NCBI GenBank assembly: GCA_013416795.1
Contig: RQSC01001207.1
Location: forward strand, 53,366 to 113,073
Direction of reading: 5' to 3'
Origin: Prasinococcaceae sp. CCMP 1430
Lineage: Eukaryota > Plantae > Prasinodermophyta
DNA: 59,708 nt
Shown here: positions 32,932 through 44,639 of the stretch, piece after piece
How positions within the stretch are numbered: position 1 is the first letter of the stretch
Layout: each line of letters opens with the position of its first letter
Program-made: the position numbers and the translations under genes
Notes under the pieces: generated by a model
Told to the model about the DNA's origin: nothing
The model's input: the letters and a program-made list of their open reading frames with translations, nothing else
Databases searched by the model: none

Positions 32932-35072
32932 TCACTGTCGCGCCTCCATCAGTATGGCCGAGTACGCTTTGACCTCGTAGCCGTCGAAGGGCCCCCTGCG
33001 CCCGCGCGCATCGAAGTCCTTGGGCGACTCCAGGGACGTGTCTGCCACGCGGTGCCACACCTGGCCGGGGGGCGGCGGCGGCAGCGGCGCAGGGATGGAG
33101 AAGTTGTGGGCGTTGAAGGCCACGAAGAGGTTGCCCGCGCCGCCCTTCCCGATGAGCGTGAAGGCGAGGAAGGCGCTCCCGTCGTCGTCCCACCTATCCT
33201 CATGCCACACGATGTCAGAGTCGCCGAGGAAATGGTCGACGCCGAGGCTGGGGTGCGACCTCCTGAAGTGGATGAGCTCCGACCAGAAGCGCACGAGGTC
33301 AGCCCCGGCACGCATGCTGCCGCCGCCTCCTCGTCGCAACTCGTCCCACTGCACGTCGTTGAGCGCGTTGTCGTGGCCGTACGAGTTGTTGTTGCCATGC
33401 CGCGTGTGACCGTACTCATCGCCCATCACCATCATGGGCACGCCCTGCGACAGCATGAGCGCCAGCGCGAAGTTGCGCATCTGTCGCCCGCGCCGCGCCT
33501 GCACGGTCTCGTCGCCCGTTTCGCCCTCTGCGCCGCAATTCCAGCTCACGTTGTCGTTGCTCCCGTCCCGGTTCTGCTCGCCGTTGTCGCCGTTGCGCTT
33601 GGCGTTGTACGACACGAGGTCGCGCATCGTGAAGCCGTCGTGCGCGGTCACAAAGTTGATAGAGTGGAATGGGCGGCGGTTGTTGTAGTGGTACAGGTCG
33701 GCGCTGCCCGCGAGCGCCGTGGCGAAGGCGCTCTTGCCACCGTCGCCCTTGATGAAGCTGCGCACCGAGTCGCGATAGCGGCCGTTCCATTCGGCCCAGA
33801 TATCCCAGTTGGGGAAGGAGCCGACCTGATACAGGCCGCCGCAGTCCCAAGGCTCGGAGATGAGCTTCGTGCGCGACAGCAAGGGGTCCTTGGTGATGGC
33901 GCGCACGACCGGCGGGTTGGGCATCGGCTTGCCCTTCTCGTCGCGGCAGAGCACGCTCGCCAGATCGAACCTGAAGCCGTCCACGTGGTACTCCTCCACC
34001 CAGTGCCGGAGGCTGTCCACGATGAGCTGCGCAACGACCGGATGGTTGCAGTTCACAGTGTTGCCGCAGCCAGAGTAGTTCATGAGCGGGTGCTCGCCGC
34101 CGGGGTCCATCATGTAGTAGGTGGTGGAGTCGATGCCGCGAAAGCACGTCGTGTAGGCCCGGTGGTCGCCGCCCTCGTTGGTGTGGTTGTACACCACGTC
34201 GAGGATCACCTCGATGCCCTCCGCATGGAGCGCGCGGACCATCTCCTTGAACTCTCGCGCTGCCGCCTCGGGGCCGCCGCCGCCCGCCTTCGACGCGTAG
34301 CGCGACATCGGCGCGAAGAAGTTGGTGGTCGAGTAGCCCCAGGTGTTGACCATGTGGTCGCGCGGGTTGGGGAAGCGCTGGAACTCGAGCTCGTCGAACT
34401 CGAAGACGGGCAGGAGCTCGACGGCGGTCACGCCGAGGCGTTTGAGGTGGTCGATGCGATCCACCACGCCCAGGTACGAGCCCTCGTTTCCCGGCCGCAC
34501 GCCGCTGCTGCCGTCCTTGGTGAAGGCGCGCACGTTCATCTCGTAGATGACGGTGTCGCGCAGCGGCGTGGGCGCGCGCTCCGCCTCGGCCACACCCCAC
34601 TCGAAGGGCGCCGACGCGAAGTCGTACGTCGAAAGAAACTTGCCTTGGTTCTCGACGCCCGCCGCCCACGCCGGCGTGCTGTCCTTGTCGCCGAACGTGC
34701 GCCGTCCGTCGACGAGGGGCGCGTACGGGTCAATCAGCACGGTGTTCGGCTCGAAGCGATGGCCGTCCTCCCGGCGGCGGCCGTCGCCGCGCACCCTGTA
34801 CCCATACCGCACGCCCGAGAGCGGCAGCCCGTCCACGCGCACGTGCCACACGTCGCCTGAGCGGTTCGCGACGTCGACCTCGACCGGCGAGAGCCCCTCA
34901 ATGAAGATGCACAGCGTGACCGAGGACGCGTGCTTCGAGAAGAGCGCGAAGTTCACGCCGCCGCCGTCGCGCGCGGGCGACGGGCCCAGCGGGGTGGGCT
35001 CGCCCTCCGCAGTCGCGAACATCGGCCCTGCGGCGCTCGCGCTCGGCACGGGCACGGGCACGGGCGCGGGCG
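32932..35072 (-). CDS. ISA3: Isoamylase 3 (GH13 starch debranching enzyme with CBM48); transit peptide missing at N join
   Basis: PTPLGPS...[77 protein letters not shown]. Confidence 0.93.
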
Positions 35073-35838
35073 NCCCACCAGCAAAATTCCCACCCACGCT
35101 GGATTCCATTTCCCATCCGAACTCCGCCGAGACGCACCGGAACCCGCGGATTTTCCCCGGGCGCCGCTGATTCTCCCGCCGCCGATCGCCGATTGCGAGT
35201 TTTTGCGCGATTCGGATTCGGCCCGCGCGCGCGGCTTTTGCGCACGCCCGGGCTCGATTCCCCATGCGAACCCCACCGAAACGCCGCGGAACCCGCGAGA
35301 AGCGCGCGCGCGGACGGACCCCGGCGCCGATAGGCGCCGCCGCCGATCGGCGGGCGGCGGCTCTCCCGCCGCGCGCGTCCAGAACCCTACGCCGTTCCGG
35401 TCAAAGACGCGGATATGAAATGAATGTTTATTCCGTGAGAAATATGGCGTTTATTGATAATATGTACTATATCATGTCAAGAACTGGTTTGAATTACGGA
35501 GCCAAAATTCCGAGAAGACCCAAAATGCGGTTGGGGTTCTAGGTTCCGGTTCCGTTGCGGACGCGCGCCCGTTCGAAAAACGCATTCGAACGCGCCATCA
35601 ACGCCGCGCGGCGCCGCGCGCCGCAACCGCGAATGCGGACGCGCCACGGGAGAGTCACCCGTGGCGCCACGGGTCAAATTGAGTTGATTTAGATGGCGTC
35701 GTTGGGGGGTCCGCCCGTCGCGCGGCCCACGTGCGGACCCGCGGCGGCGCCGTGCAAACTGCCATCGAACTGATCGAAGGCTCCAACAGCCCTGGGGTTG
35801 AGGTTAGAGACGATGTTTTGGGGTTCAAATGCGCGGGT

Positions 35839-37146
35839 TCAACGTGCGCTGGTGGGGCCAGTGGGGGCCGCCCACGTGGCACTGCTCGCGACGGAGCACG
35901 CGTCGGGGTCGAAGTCCTCGTAGGCCGCGCGCATGGCGTTCGCGACGGCAGCGTCGACGATGGCAGGCGCCGCGCCCGCGTCGGCGGCCCTCCTCGCCGC
36001 GCGCCGCGCCGCGCGCTCCACGCGCCGGCCGAGCCGCTGCCTCTGCTCGACGCGCCGCCGGCGAGCAGCCACTGCTGCGCTCGAGCCTGGCTCCGCGAGA
36101 TCGATCGCGCCCGGCGTCACTGCGTCGCCATTCATCCCGCGCCCCTGCCCGCCGGGCACGAACTGTTGCGAATACATCGTCGCCGCAGAGAATGCTGGGC
36201 GCGTCTTGTTGCCAGCGATGAGCCGCGGCACGGCAGTCGCGGGTTGGTACGCCTCGCGCGCGTGGTTGCCGCCCTTGGGCGCAAAGCTACGCTCATACGT
36301 GGACGCGTCCACCGTGTCCTTGAGGTCGACGTAGTAGCCTTTCGTCTGCACACCACTGCGCTGGACAGTTCGCGGAAAGTGCTTGCGCTCCCAGTCCTCG
36401 TACGATGCCTCGCCGCGATCCGGAGTCGGCACGCCCGCGGGCACAGACGCTTTTGCCTTCACGCCCGCCCCGGCCTTACCCTCACCAGTCGACTTGCTGG
36501 CTTCGTAGTGGTTCGCGTAGCTAGTGTCGTAGCAGCCGCTGTCTGGGTCGAGGACAAATGATGAGCGGGTGTCTTTCTCAGTGTTCGTTTCGGAGAGCTG
36601 TGCGGGGGGGCCTGGGCGGTACTTGAATGAGCGCGTGTACGACGTTGTGGTGTGATTGCGCGCGCAGAGCTGGTCCACCTGCCCATCCGCCTGCCCCATT
36701 GTTTCCAGCTGCCGAATCGACGCTGCCACGCTGGCGGGCCTCGCCGCATGCGCGACGGCCCTCTTCGAAGGCACCGGTAGCCACCCGGCACCAGCACGCT
36801 CACCGAGCTCACCAACGTGCACGTTCCACGTCGTGCGCGCCGCCGCGCCCGAAGACGACGCCGGTGCATGCGTCGACCTGTACGTGGAAGCCCATTCTGC
36901 CTTCCACGAGCCGTGAGGTGATGGTGTGGCGCGGGCGTTCACCGCAGCCTCGGCAGCCGGGAAGCGTCCTGAGCAGATGATATTCTCAGGAGCCACGATG
37001 GGGCCAGGTCGGTCAGAGGGAGCGACCTCCTTGGAGGGAAAGTCCTTGGCATAGTTGGTGTCCTCCCATCCGTATTTGATGTGTCCCGTCGTGCTCAGGG
37101 TCGGGTCCGAGTCGCTGAACTTGTGCGGGAAGTTGCGCCGCACCAT
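35839..37146 (-). CDS. Hypothetical protein with dispersed [ST]-Y-x3-[FYH] repeats (candidate microtubule inner protein)
   Basis: ATG 37146 (MVRRNFPHK). Motifs TNYAKDF, STYRSTH, TSYTRSF, TSYANHY, STYERSF, TMYSQQF in disordered sequence. Confidence 0.55.
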   Translation of the reverse strand: MVRRNFPHKFSDSDPTLSTTGHIKYGWEDTNYAKDFPSKEVAPSDRPGPIVAPENIICSGRFPAAEAAVNARATPSPHGSWKAEWASTYRSTHAPASSSGAAARTTWNVHVGELGERAGAGWLPVPSKRAVAHAARPASVAASIRQLETMGQADGQVDQLCARNHTTTSYTRSFKYRPGPPAQLSETNTEKDTRSSFVLDPDSGCYDTSYANHYEASKSTGEGKAGAGVKAKASVPAGVPTPDRGEASYEDWERKHFPRTVQRSGVQTKGYYVDLKDTVDASTYERSFAPKGGNHAREAYQPATAVPRLIAGNKTRPAFSAATMYSQQFVPGGQGRGMNGDAVTPGAIDLAEPGSSAAVAARRRRVEQRQRLGRRVERAARRAARRAADAGAAPAIVDAAVANAMRAAYEDFDPDACSVASSATWAAPTGPTSAR

Positions 37147-37496
37147 GGGGGCACGTGCGGACACAGCGCAGCGCGTCGCCGCCGCCGCGTGCGGGGCACG
37201 CGCGCGCGGCCAGGCGTGCGCACAGGGAGAGGGCTGGGGCGCGAGGGACGGAGATGCCGCCGACACGTGCCTGCCGCGCAGCCTGGGGCGCGTGTGGCGC
37301 TCGAACGCGCGCGCGCGGGCGCGCGCGCTGGCAGGGGGAGGGAGGGGCGGCGATGCCGAGCTAAGCGCGCGTTGCCGGTTTGGGCGCGTGCTGACGATCC
37401 AGGCGAACAAAAAGCGCGACGCAAAAAAAAAGAGTTGTGCAAAAAAAGGCGAAAAATTCGTCGGAAAATAAATAAAAAGAGTGTCCCCAGGGATGA

Positions 37497-38478
37497 CGTG
37501 CCACACTGCGTGGGAGCACCCAATCCCCCCGCAAATCCTCCGCACCCCTCCCTCCCTCCCTCCCCTCCCCCACGGCGGGGGCGCCGCCGACGCCAGCGCG
37601 GAAGCGGCGGCGGCGCGCAGCTCCAGAGCCGGAGCCGGAGCCGGAGCCTGCGCCGCCCGTGGGACCACGAGGGGCGTACGCATGCGTGCGCGAGCCTGGG
37701 GCCGTCGAGGCCGCGCTTGACCATCTGCTCGCGGCCGACCCACGCTTAGGACCGCTCGTCGACGCGCACGGGTACGCAGCACCCAAGCACGCGCCGTGCT
37801 GCTTCACGGCGCTCGCGCGGACGATAGTATTCCAGCAGCTGAACGGCAAGGCGGCAGCGACAATATTCGGCCGATTCTGCGACGCGGTGGGAGCAGACGA
37901 TGCCGCACCCTATCCTCCGGGCGCCGGCGCTGGCGCCTGCACGGACACCTGGGCGCCCGCAGATGTTCGCGTGCTCTCACCGGAGCGCGTTCTGGCAACG
38001 CCCGAGCCCGAGCTGCGCGCGTGCGGCCTGTCTGCGCGGAAGGCTGAATACGTGCAGTCGCTCGCGGGGGCGTTCGCGGGCGACGATGCGACGCTCTCCG
38101 ACGCGCGTCTGCGCTCAATGGACGACGCGGAGCTGGCGGCTGAACTCACCGCGTTGCGTGGGCTAGGTCCGTGGAGTGTGCACATGTTCATGATTTTCAC
38201 GCTCGGGCGCGCAGACGTGCTGCCGACGGGCGACCTTGGCGTGCGCAAGGGCATGATGCGGCACTACGGCCTGAAAGCGCTGCCGAGCCCGTCGCAAATG
38301 GTGGTGCGTGTGCTGTGCGCGTCGAGCGCGTGCGCGCGATCTCTCTCCCCCGCGCGGCCACCTCTGACACCCCCTCCCATCCGATTTCCTTCCAAAGGAG
38401 CTCGCCGCGCCATGGGCGCCGTACAGGAGCGTGGCGAGTCACTTCATGTGGCGCAGGTGCGAGTCTCAGGAGGACTGA
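37497..38478 (+). CDS. DNA-3-methyladenine glycosylase (AlkA/HhH-GPD)
   Basis: LARTIVFQQLNGKAAATIFGRF, GLSARKAEYV, HhH LTALRGLGPWSVHMF, DVLPTGDLGVRKG. Intron 38304-38397 gives ELAAPWAPYRSVAS. NLS-like RKRRRR upstream. No in-frame ATG found. Confidence 0.9.
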
Positions 38479-39277
38479 AATCGGGACGGGGCTCGGCGCT
38501 CGACGCCTGGCGTCGCAGGCGAAGATGTACACGTACAGTACTGTAAGCACATGGAGTACATAACAGAAATGGTTTTGTTTCACGAGTTTCACGTTTCACT
38601 CGGGCTGCTGCCACTGACCCACTGGCCGTCGACACGCCGAGGTGTTTGTGTTTGCGTGTGTGTGTGTCTACACGTCTGCACGTGCGTGTGTGTGTATCTA
38701 CCGTCTGTTTGCGCGTGTGTAAGTTTGTGTGTACCGTATGTCTGTGTGTGTTGTCTCTCCTCCTCTCGTGTAGTCCGACCTTTGCCACGGCCGCTGCCTC
38801 GCCCGTCTGCGCCGAGCGTGGCGTGTTTTGTTTCTCGCCGTGTCTCTCCCTTCCTGCGTCCCGGTCGGGCAAATAATGTGTATCAATGTGTGTCTCAATG
38901 TGACTTCGCGGAGCCCGTCGGTGCCCTCTTGAAAGAATGTATGATTGGTGTCGCGCCCGCGGCGCCACCGCCGCGTTCGTCTCGCCGGGGACGCCCCCCA
39001 CCGCTGCTGCCATGGCCCGTCTGCATGCGCGGGCGTCCGCCCCATCAGCGACTACCTCCTGCGCGGCCTCTTCCCGGGCGGCAGGGGCGAACAGGACAGA
39101 CGAGCGCCATCGCCAGCTTCTACCTCCGCCCCCCCCCCCGCCCCCCCTCAAAAAAAAAATTCACGGTTGCGGTGTGAGTCCCGTCTTTTCGTATTCGTGT
39201 GCGACCATATGTGCGCACACGCTGTTTCGGCGACGCTCTCGAGCGCCCCTGCGCCCCCAAGCTGCTACGCGCCGCAC

Positions 39278-41241
39278 TCAAGTCTCGAGCAAGTCCAGCT
39301 CCCCCACCAGCGAGTCCACCCACTGCGTGTCCTGGCCGTTCAGCGAGTCCTTGCTCGCAACGCGCAGCATGCTCAGCGCGTCCTTGCTTGACACGCGCTT
39401 CATGCTCTGCAGTGAGCTCGCGCCGGGCTTCTGCACGCCATGCTGCATTGCTGTCAGCCAGCTCGAGCCGGTATAGTTCTGGCTGCCCAGCACGAGACCT
39501 GTGGCGCCGACGCCCGTCGCACTGAAGGAGTAGTTCAAGTCGGAGCTCCCACGGCTGGCCATCGACCCAATCGGAGTCATCGACGCGTCTGCGGTAGCGG
39601 GCAAACCCACGATCTGCCTCAACTCAGAAGGGTACGTGCCTTGGGCTGACTTGGCCGGCTGGCGCTTGTCGAAATGCTGGGAGGAGGGAGAAGAGCCCGG
39701 GACGCCCAGGTCGGCGGCGATGTCGCTGCCTCCTGTGAAGTCGTACGCGTCGTACGCGGGGCCTGACACAAGCGGGCGCCGCCGCGGCGGCAGCTGCCGC
39801 TCTGGGGCTGGTGGCGCTGAGTCCGCTGCGCGCAGCTCGCTTGGGCAGTGTGCAAAGAAGCACACGCGCCGCGGGCACGTGCGCCCGTCCTTGCAGAGCT
39901 GGGTGCGATAGCGGCTCGGGTGCAGCCAGCACTCGAAGACGCCGTGTGCGAACTCGCACGCATCCCCACGACGGCAGGTTCCTTTGCGGAAGTCGGGACA
40001 AGCCGTACCGCTGTACGCGAACCTTCGCGGGTCCCGGCGGCGGGCCTTCTCACCGGGATGCGCGAACGGACACTCCGTCCAGTCATGCGCGCGCGTCTTG
40101 GGGCACATGCGCACCTTGAATTCGTACATGCGGAAGAAGTCCGTCTGATACTCGTCGCGGTCGATTTCGATGCCGTCAAGGGCGGTGCCAGGACTCGCCG
40201 GGAATGCGTTCTTCGCAGAGGCCTGCTGCGATGCCGCGCCGTTGGACGCCGACATTGCAGCCGCCGCGGCAGCGGCAGCCGCCGCGGCGACACCCGCGCT
40301 GGAGGATGCATCTCCGCCGGCCATGTGCCTGCGCTGCTGCAGCTGCTGTTGCTCACCCGGCCGCTGCTGCTGCTCTTGCTCCCGCTGCACTGGTCGCTCG
40401 GAGTGCGCGGGAGGTTGTGCCGGCGCCCCAACGGCCACCCCGGGCGTCCCTCCAAGCATGACCTGGAGGGCGGTCAGCACCTCTGCGGATGGCATGGGCG
40501 CCGCCCTCTCCGCCCCTATAGTCCCCCTCTGTTGCGCGAGGCCGTAGATGACGTCCACGGGCCTGTGTCCGTGCGCGTCGGCCGCTGACGTGTCCGCGCC
40601 GCGCTGCATGAGCAACGCGGCGCTCTGCACGGCGGTCGCCGAACCGCCAGCTGCCGCACAGTGCAGCGCTGTCATCCCGTCGTCGGGAGAGCGCGCATTT
40701 GGGTCGGCGCCTGCGTCGAGCAGCATCTTGAGGCAGTCCAGCGCGCCGACCTGTGCGGCGACCATGGTGGGCGTGCGCTGGACGCGCGCGCCGTCGTGTG
40801 CGCCGACAGCACCCGCGGGTCTCGCAGCATGGTCTGCCGGCCACGGCGCGAACGTATCCATACCCGCTGGCAGGCCATAGCTGAGTGCTTGGCGGAGCTC
40901 GTCCGTGTCGCCGCGCGAGGCCGCGCTGAGAGCGGCGTACGCGAGCGATCTCATCGCCGCGCTGGCCGCGCCGCGCGCGTCCCCGCCCTCGCCCGCGGCG
41001 CCATGCGGGTGCGTCCCGTGCACCTGCCCCCACGCGTGCATCGGCTGGCCCCACGCCTGCTGCTGCGCGAGAAGGCTCTGCATCGCCACCTCCATTGCGG
41101 CGGCGACCTCGCTCCCGCTGTTCAGCATCGCCAGCTGCGCGTGCGAGGGCGCGGGCGCCACTGCCTGCGATGCGAGCTGCTGGCCGCGCATGCCTGTGGC
41201 GGCGGCCGCCGCGGCCGCGTGCTTGGCGCCGTGCGCCGCGG
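39278..41241 (-). CDS. Ankyrin-repeat tandem CCCH zinc-finger protein (RR-TZF, OXS2-like)
   Basis: [11 protein letters not shown] and GMTALHCAA ankyrins; [37 protein letters not shown]...[35 protein letters not shown]. Candidate ATG at 41191. Confidence 0.93.
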
Positions 41242-41242
41242 N

Positions 41243-41293
41243 CGTCAGCGCGAGCTCCTGCGCCGGGCAGTTGACCACCTTCAGCTGCGCCAT
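41243..41293 (-). other. NSF: N-terminal 17 codons of an NSF/SEC18-like gene, cut by a single-N join
   Basis: MAQLKVVNCPAQELALT resembles the NSF N-terminus (human from memory: MQAARCPTDELSLTN). It stops at the N at 41242. Confidence 0.65.
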
Positions 41294-42541
41294 CGCCGTC
41301 GGCGCGAGCGTGCAGACGACGATCGAAGGACCGAATCCGCGGGCGCGTCCGCGCGTGGTCCGGGGCGAAAGGCGCGCGCGCGCGTGCAACAGGCAGGGGA
41401 GGGGAGGGGGAGGAGCAGCGCAGCGCTGCGCCGCGCGCGCGCGCTGTGCGGCGCCCGCGCGCAACCGCTGCCGTCACCCGGCTCGCGCGCGAATTCCGCA
41501 CCGCACCGCAATTCGAAACCTCAAATTGCACCTATGACAATTCACGATATGTAATTGAAACGCATTTCGTGCCGGGCCGGGGATATCGCGCGCGCGGCGG
41601 TTGATTTTTTTGATTTTTGGGGGGGGCGGGACGCAGCGAGCGGATGGCAAACACACGTACATTTGCTGTATGGATCGAGGGTCGCGAGGGCGAGCGTGCC
41701 CCGACGGTGGCGCCCGGCGAAGGCGAAGAGCCCCTCGTGGTTCATCAACAAAATTCGCCCTTAACCGGACAGCGCGGTCGCGCTCAACCTGCGAGGCGCG
41801 CCACCACACGCCGCGCGCGCGCGCGGCGCACGCCCGTCCCGGTCGCATGCGCATTTGATGGGAGTTTTCCCCGTCGTTGGGGACAGTTACAGACCCTGTG
41901 CAAAGGACCCCATCGCATGGCGGCGTGAGCCGAGGTCAAAACGAACCCGCGAGGGTTTGGGGAGCGCCGCGCCGCGCAGGCGGCGGCGCGCGGGGCGAGC
42001 GCGCGCCTCGAGCTCGAGCGCGAGCTGTGAGGGGCGAAAGCGCTCGCCCGTGGGGGAAAGTCAGGCCGCCCCGCGCGCAGCAGCGGAGCCGGGTCCCCAC
42101 AGGGGGCTCCGGTCCATGTCCCCCCAAACGAGGAGGGGAAGGAGGATCTCGAGTGCGAGGTGGGCCGCGAGGAGGGATGACGGCCGAAGGCCCGCTCGGG
42201 TCGCGCGCCCCGGCCCGCCACACGCCCCGCGCGCATCAGCAAACAGACCGGGCGCCGCCACCAGGGACGTCTCTCTTTTTGGTTACAATTGGTGTTGGAA
42301 CTTGCTGATCATGTTTGGCCGGGGCGCGGGCACGCCGCTGCCCGCCACGCGCTCTGCCACCATGCACAGGTGCGCGCCTGCCCCGGACCAGAAGAATGAA
42401 AAGTACATGCGGTGTGCTACGCACCGCGAGAGGGCGATCATCCCCGCCCTCCGTCTATGAAGTCCTTCCTCGCTCGGTCATCGTTTGTCGTAGCAATACT
42501 TGTTTCACACAGGGTTGTGTACACATGGATCGAAGTTGCGC

Positions 42542-44608
42542 TCAGGACGCCTTGCGCCCATCCTCGTCGAGGGTGAGGCGCGACGAGCGCCAGCGCATGC
42601 CGCACGCGTTGCAGAGCGTCTTGGGCCCGGCCGGTCCAGCGCGCCACTGTGGCGTCTTCTGCACACCGCAGCACGAGCACGCCAGGCCCTCATCGACCGT
42701 GTCGGGCGTGGCGCCGCCACCGCCCTCCGCCGGCCCCGCCGCCTTCCTGGCGGCGCCCGCCTCCTTGGCCTCCGAGCCACCGATGCTCACGCCCGGCGGG
42801 TGCGCGAGCTCGAACGAAGCGGCGGCCAGCGCCTTGGGCTTGCCCTCGAAGGGCGCTTTGGGCTGCGCCTGCGGCTTCGGCTTTGTCTCGCTCTGGAGCT
42901 GCTTGGCCTCGGCGGGGTGCGCCTGCGTCGCGGGCGTATCAACGACCTCGCGCGGCGGCAGCGGCGGCTGCAGGTCGAACATGATCGCCTTCTTGACGAG
43001 CTCCGGGTCCTTGGGCTTGGTCTTCCTGTCCGCCTTGGGCTTGCTAGCCGACTTTGGGGACGGCTTGGGCTGCCTGGCCTGAGCCGCCCGCTGCTGCTGC
43101 TGCAGCTGCAGTGCTGCTGGCGACGGTGTTGCGGTGGTCGTGTGCGCCCAGGCGTTCACGGTCGGGGTGGCCGCCGAGGCTGCCTTGGTGCCGCTCCCCG
43201 TTTTTCTGTAGCCCGAGTCGTCCGCCGACAGGTCTGCCTGGAACATGAGCTCCCCCTCGTCCTCGCGTGGGTGCGATTGCTGGGGCTGGTGCACTTGGTG
43301 CATGTGCGCGAGCCACTGCGCGTTGCCCCCTGCGGCGTCAACCTTGCGCTGCGTGGGGCCGTCGAAGGCAGGCACTTGCTCGCATTCCATGCCCATGCCC
43401 AGGGTGTCGAAGAGCTCCTCGTCCAGCGGCACGATGTCCTCGCCGGACCCGAGCACCACGTCCTCGTCCATAGAGAAGAGCGCCCCCCCCAGCGTTGCGT
43501 CGATCATCGCGGCGTAGTCCTCAGCCACCGCGCTCAGCCGGCGACCAACAGCGCCGTTGCCCTCGGCGGCTGCGTCCTCCTCGCCGCCGTATGGCAGCAG
43601 CGAGTCCACCAGGCCGCCATAGGCGCTGTCGAGGCAGCCGTCGACGTCGAACTCTCCGCTGTGTGCGAACGGGTCTTCCGCTCCTGCGCCGCTGCCGGCC
43701 TGTGCGCGCTGGCCCGGAAGCGTGGACGCGCTCATCTTGCGGTCCTCTTCGATCACGCCCGCGGCCATCGCGTCCACGTCGGCGCTGCCGTCCGAACCGT
43801 CGGACATGGTCGCGCCGCCGGGCAGCACGATCTCGGTCGTGATGACCTCTGCCGCGATGATGGTGCCGCCGCTGAGCACCTTGCCCGCCTTGTCGCGCTT
43901 CTTGTTGGCACTCCCGGCACCTGCGGAGGCCGGGCCGGTGCCACCGGACAGCACGTTCCTCTTGGCGGGCGTCTCGTGGCCCACGGGGAAGTTTGTGACC
44001 GCTGCGTCCCCGCGGATGCCGCGCGCGGCCTTGTCGTACGCGCGCGCGGCCTCCTCGGCGCTGTCGAAGGTGCCCAGCCACAGGCGCACGCCGCGCTGCG
44101 GGTCGCGGATCTCGGCCGCCCACTTGCCCCACGGTCGCTGCCGCACGCCGCGGAAGACGCTGCTCACCTCCTTCTTGCCCGCACTCGCCTTGGCACCGGC
44201 GCTGCCGCCCGACTTGGGAACGCCCTGCTTCAGCGGCGTCTGCGGCGACGCGCCGCCGCTCGCCAGCGCGTCCTCCTCCTCGGGGGTAATCGGGCGGCTG
44301 CCGTCGCCGCCGCTGCCGTTCGCCGCGCCGGTCTGCGCCCCGTTGGCCGCGCCGCCGGCGGGCGGCATCGGCCCGCGCCCGAGGCCTGCCGCGTCGGCGA
44401 GCGCCGACACGTTGCGCACCTTGACGGTGGGCATCGTGCGCGAGCGCTGGCCTTTCACCGCCGATCCGCCGCCCATCGAGCGCCGCCCCTTTGGCACGGA
44501 CACGAGCCCGGAGCCGGACGAGAATCCGAGCGCGGACGTGGGCGCCGGCGTGCCGCCGCTCATACTCGGCGTCGGCGAGTCGACCACGGCGCGCCCGTGC
44601 GGCTGCAT
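42542..44608 (-). CDS. Transcription factor with AP2/ERF domain and C-terminal GATA zinc finger
   Basis: [19 protein letters not shown]...[33 protein letters not shown] and [27 protein letters not shown] lie in one uninterrupted ORF. The start (ATG 44608) is tentative. Confidence 0.88.
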   Translation of the reverse strand: MQPHGRAVVDSPTPSMSGGTPAPTSALGFSSGSGLVSVPKGRRSMGGGSAVKGQRSRTMPTVKVRNVSALADAAGLGRGPMPPAGGAANGAQTGAANGSGGDGSRPITPEEEDALASGGASPQTPLKQGVPKSGGSAGAKASAGKKEVSSVFRGVRQRPWGKWAAEIRDPQRGVRLWLGTFDSAEEAARAYDKAARGIRGDAAVTNFPVGHETPAKRNVLSGGTGPASAGAGSANKKRDKAGKVLSGGTIIAAEVITTEIVLPGGATMSDGSDGSADVDAMAAGVIEEDRKMSASTLPGQRAQAGSGAGAEDPFAHSGEFDVDGCLDSAYGGLVDSLLPYGGEEDAAAEGNGAVGRRLSAVAEDYAAMIDATLGGALFSMDEDVVLGSGEDIVPLDEELFDTLGMGMECEQVPAFDGPTQRKVDAAGGNAQWLAHMHQVHQPQQSHPREDEGELMFQADLSADDSGYRKTGSGTKAASAATPTVNAWAHTTTATPSPAALQLQQQQRAAQARQPKPSPKSASKPKADRKTKPKDPELVKKAIMFDLQPPLPPREVVDTPATQAHPAEAKQLQSETKPKPQAQPKAPFEGKPKALAAASFELAHPPGVSIGGSEAKEAGAARKAAGPAEGGGGATPDTVDEGLACSCCGVQKTPQWRAGPAGPKTLCNACGMRWRSSRLTLDEDGRKAS

Positions 44609-44639
44609 CTGCGCGGCGATCGGCGCCGCGAGCGGCAGC

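Noticed and set aside
39278-41464. Single 728-aa gene as given in the ORF track
   Set aside because: It crosses the N at 41242, and the upstream part looks like an NSF start.
41855-42460. ORFs in the region between the NSF start and the AP2-GATA stop
   Set aside because: No motifs; composition resembles promoter or UTR sequence.
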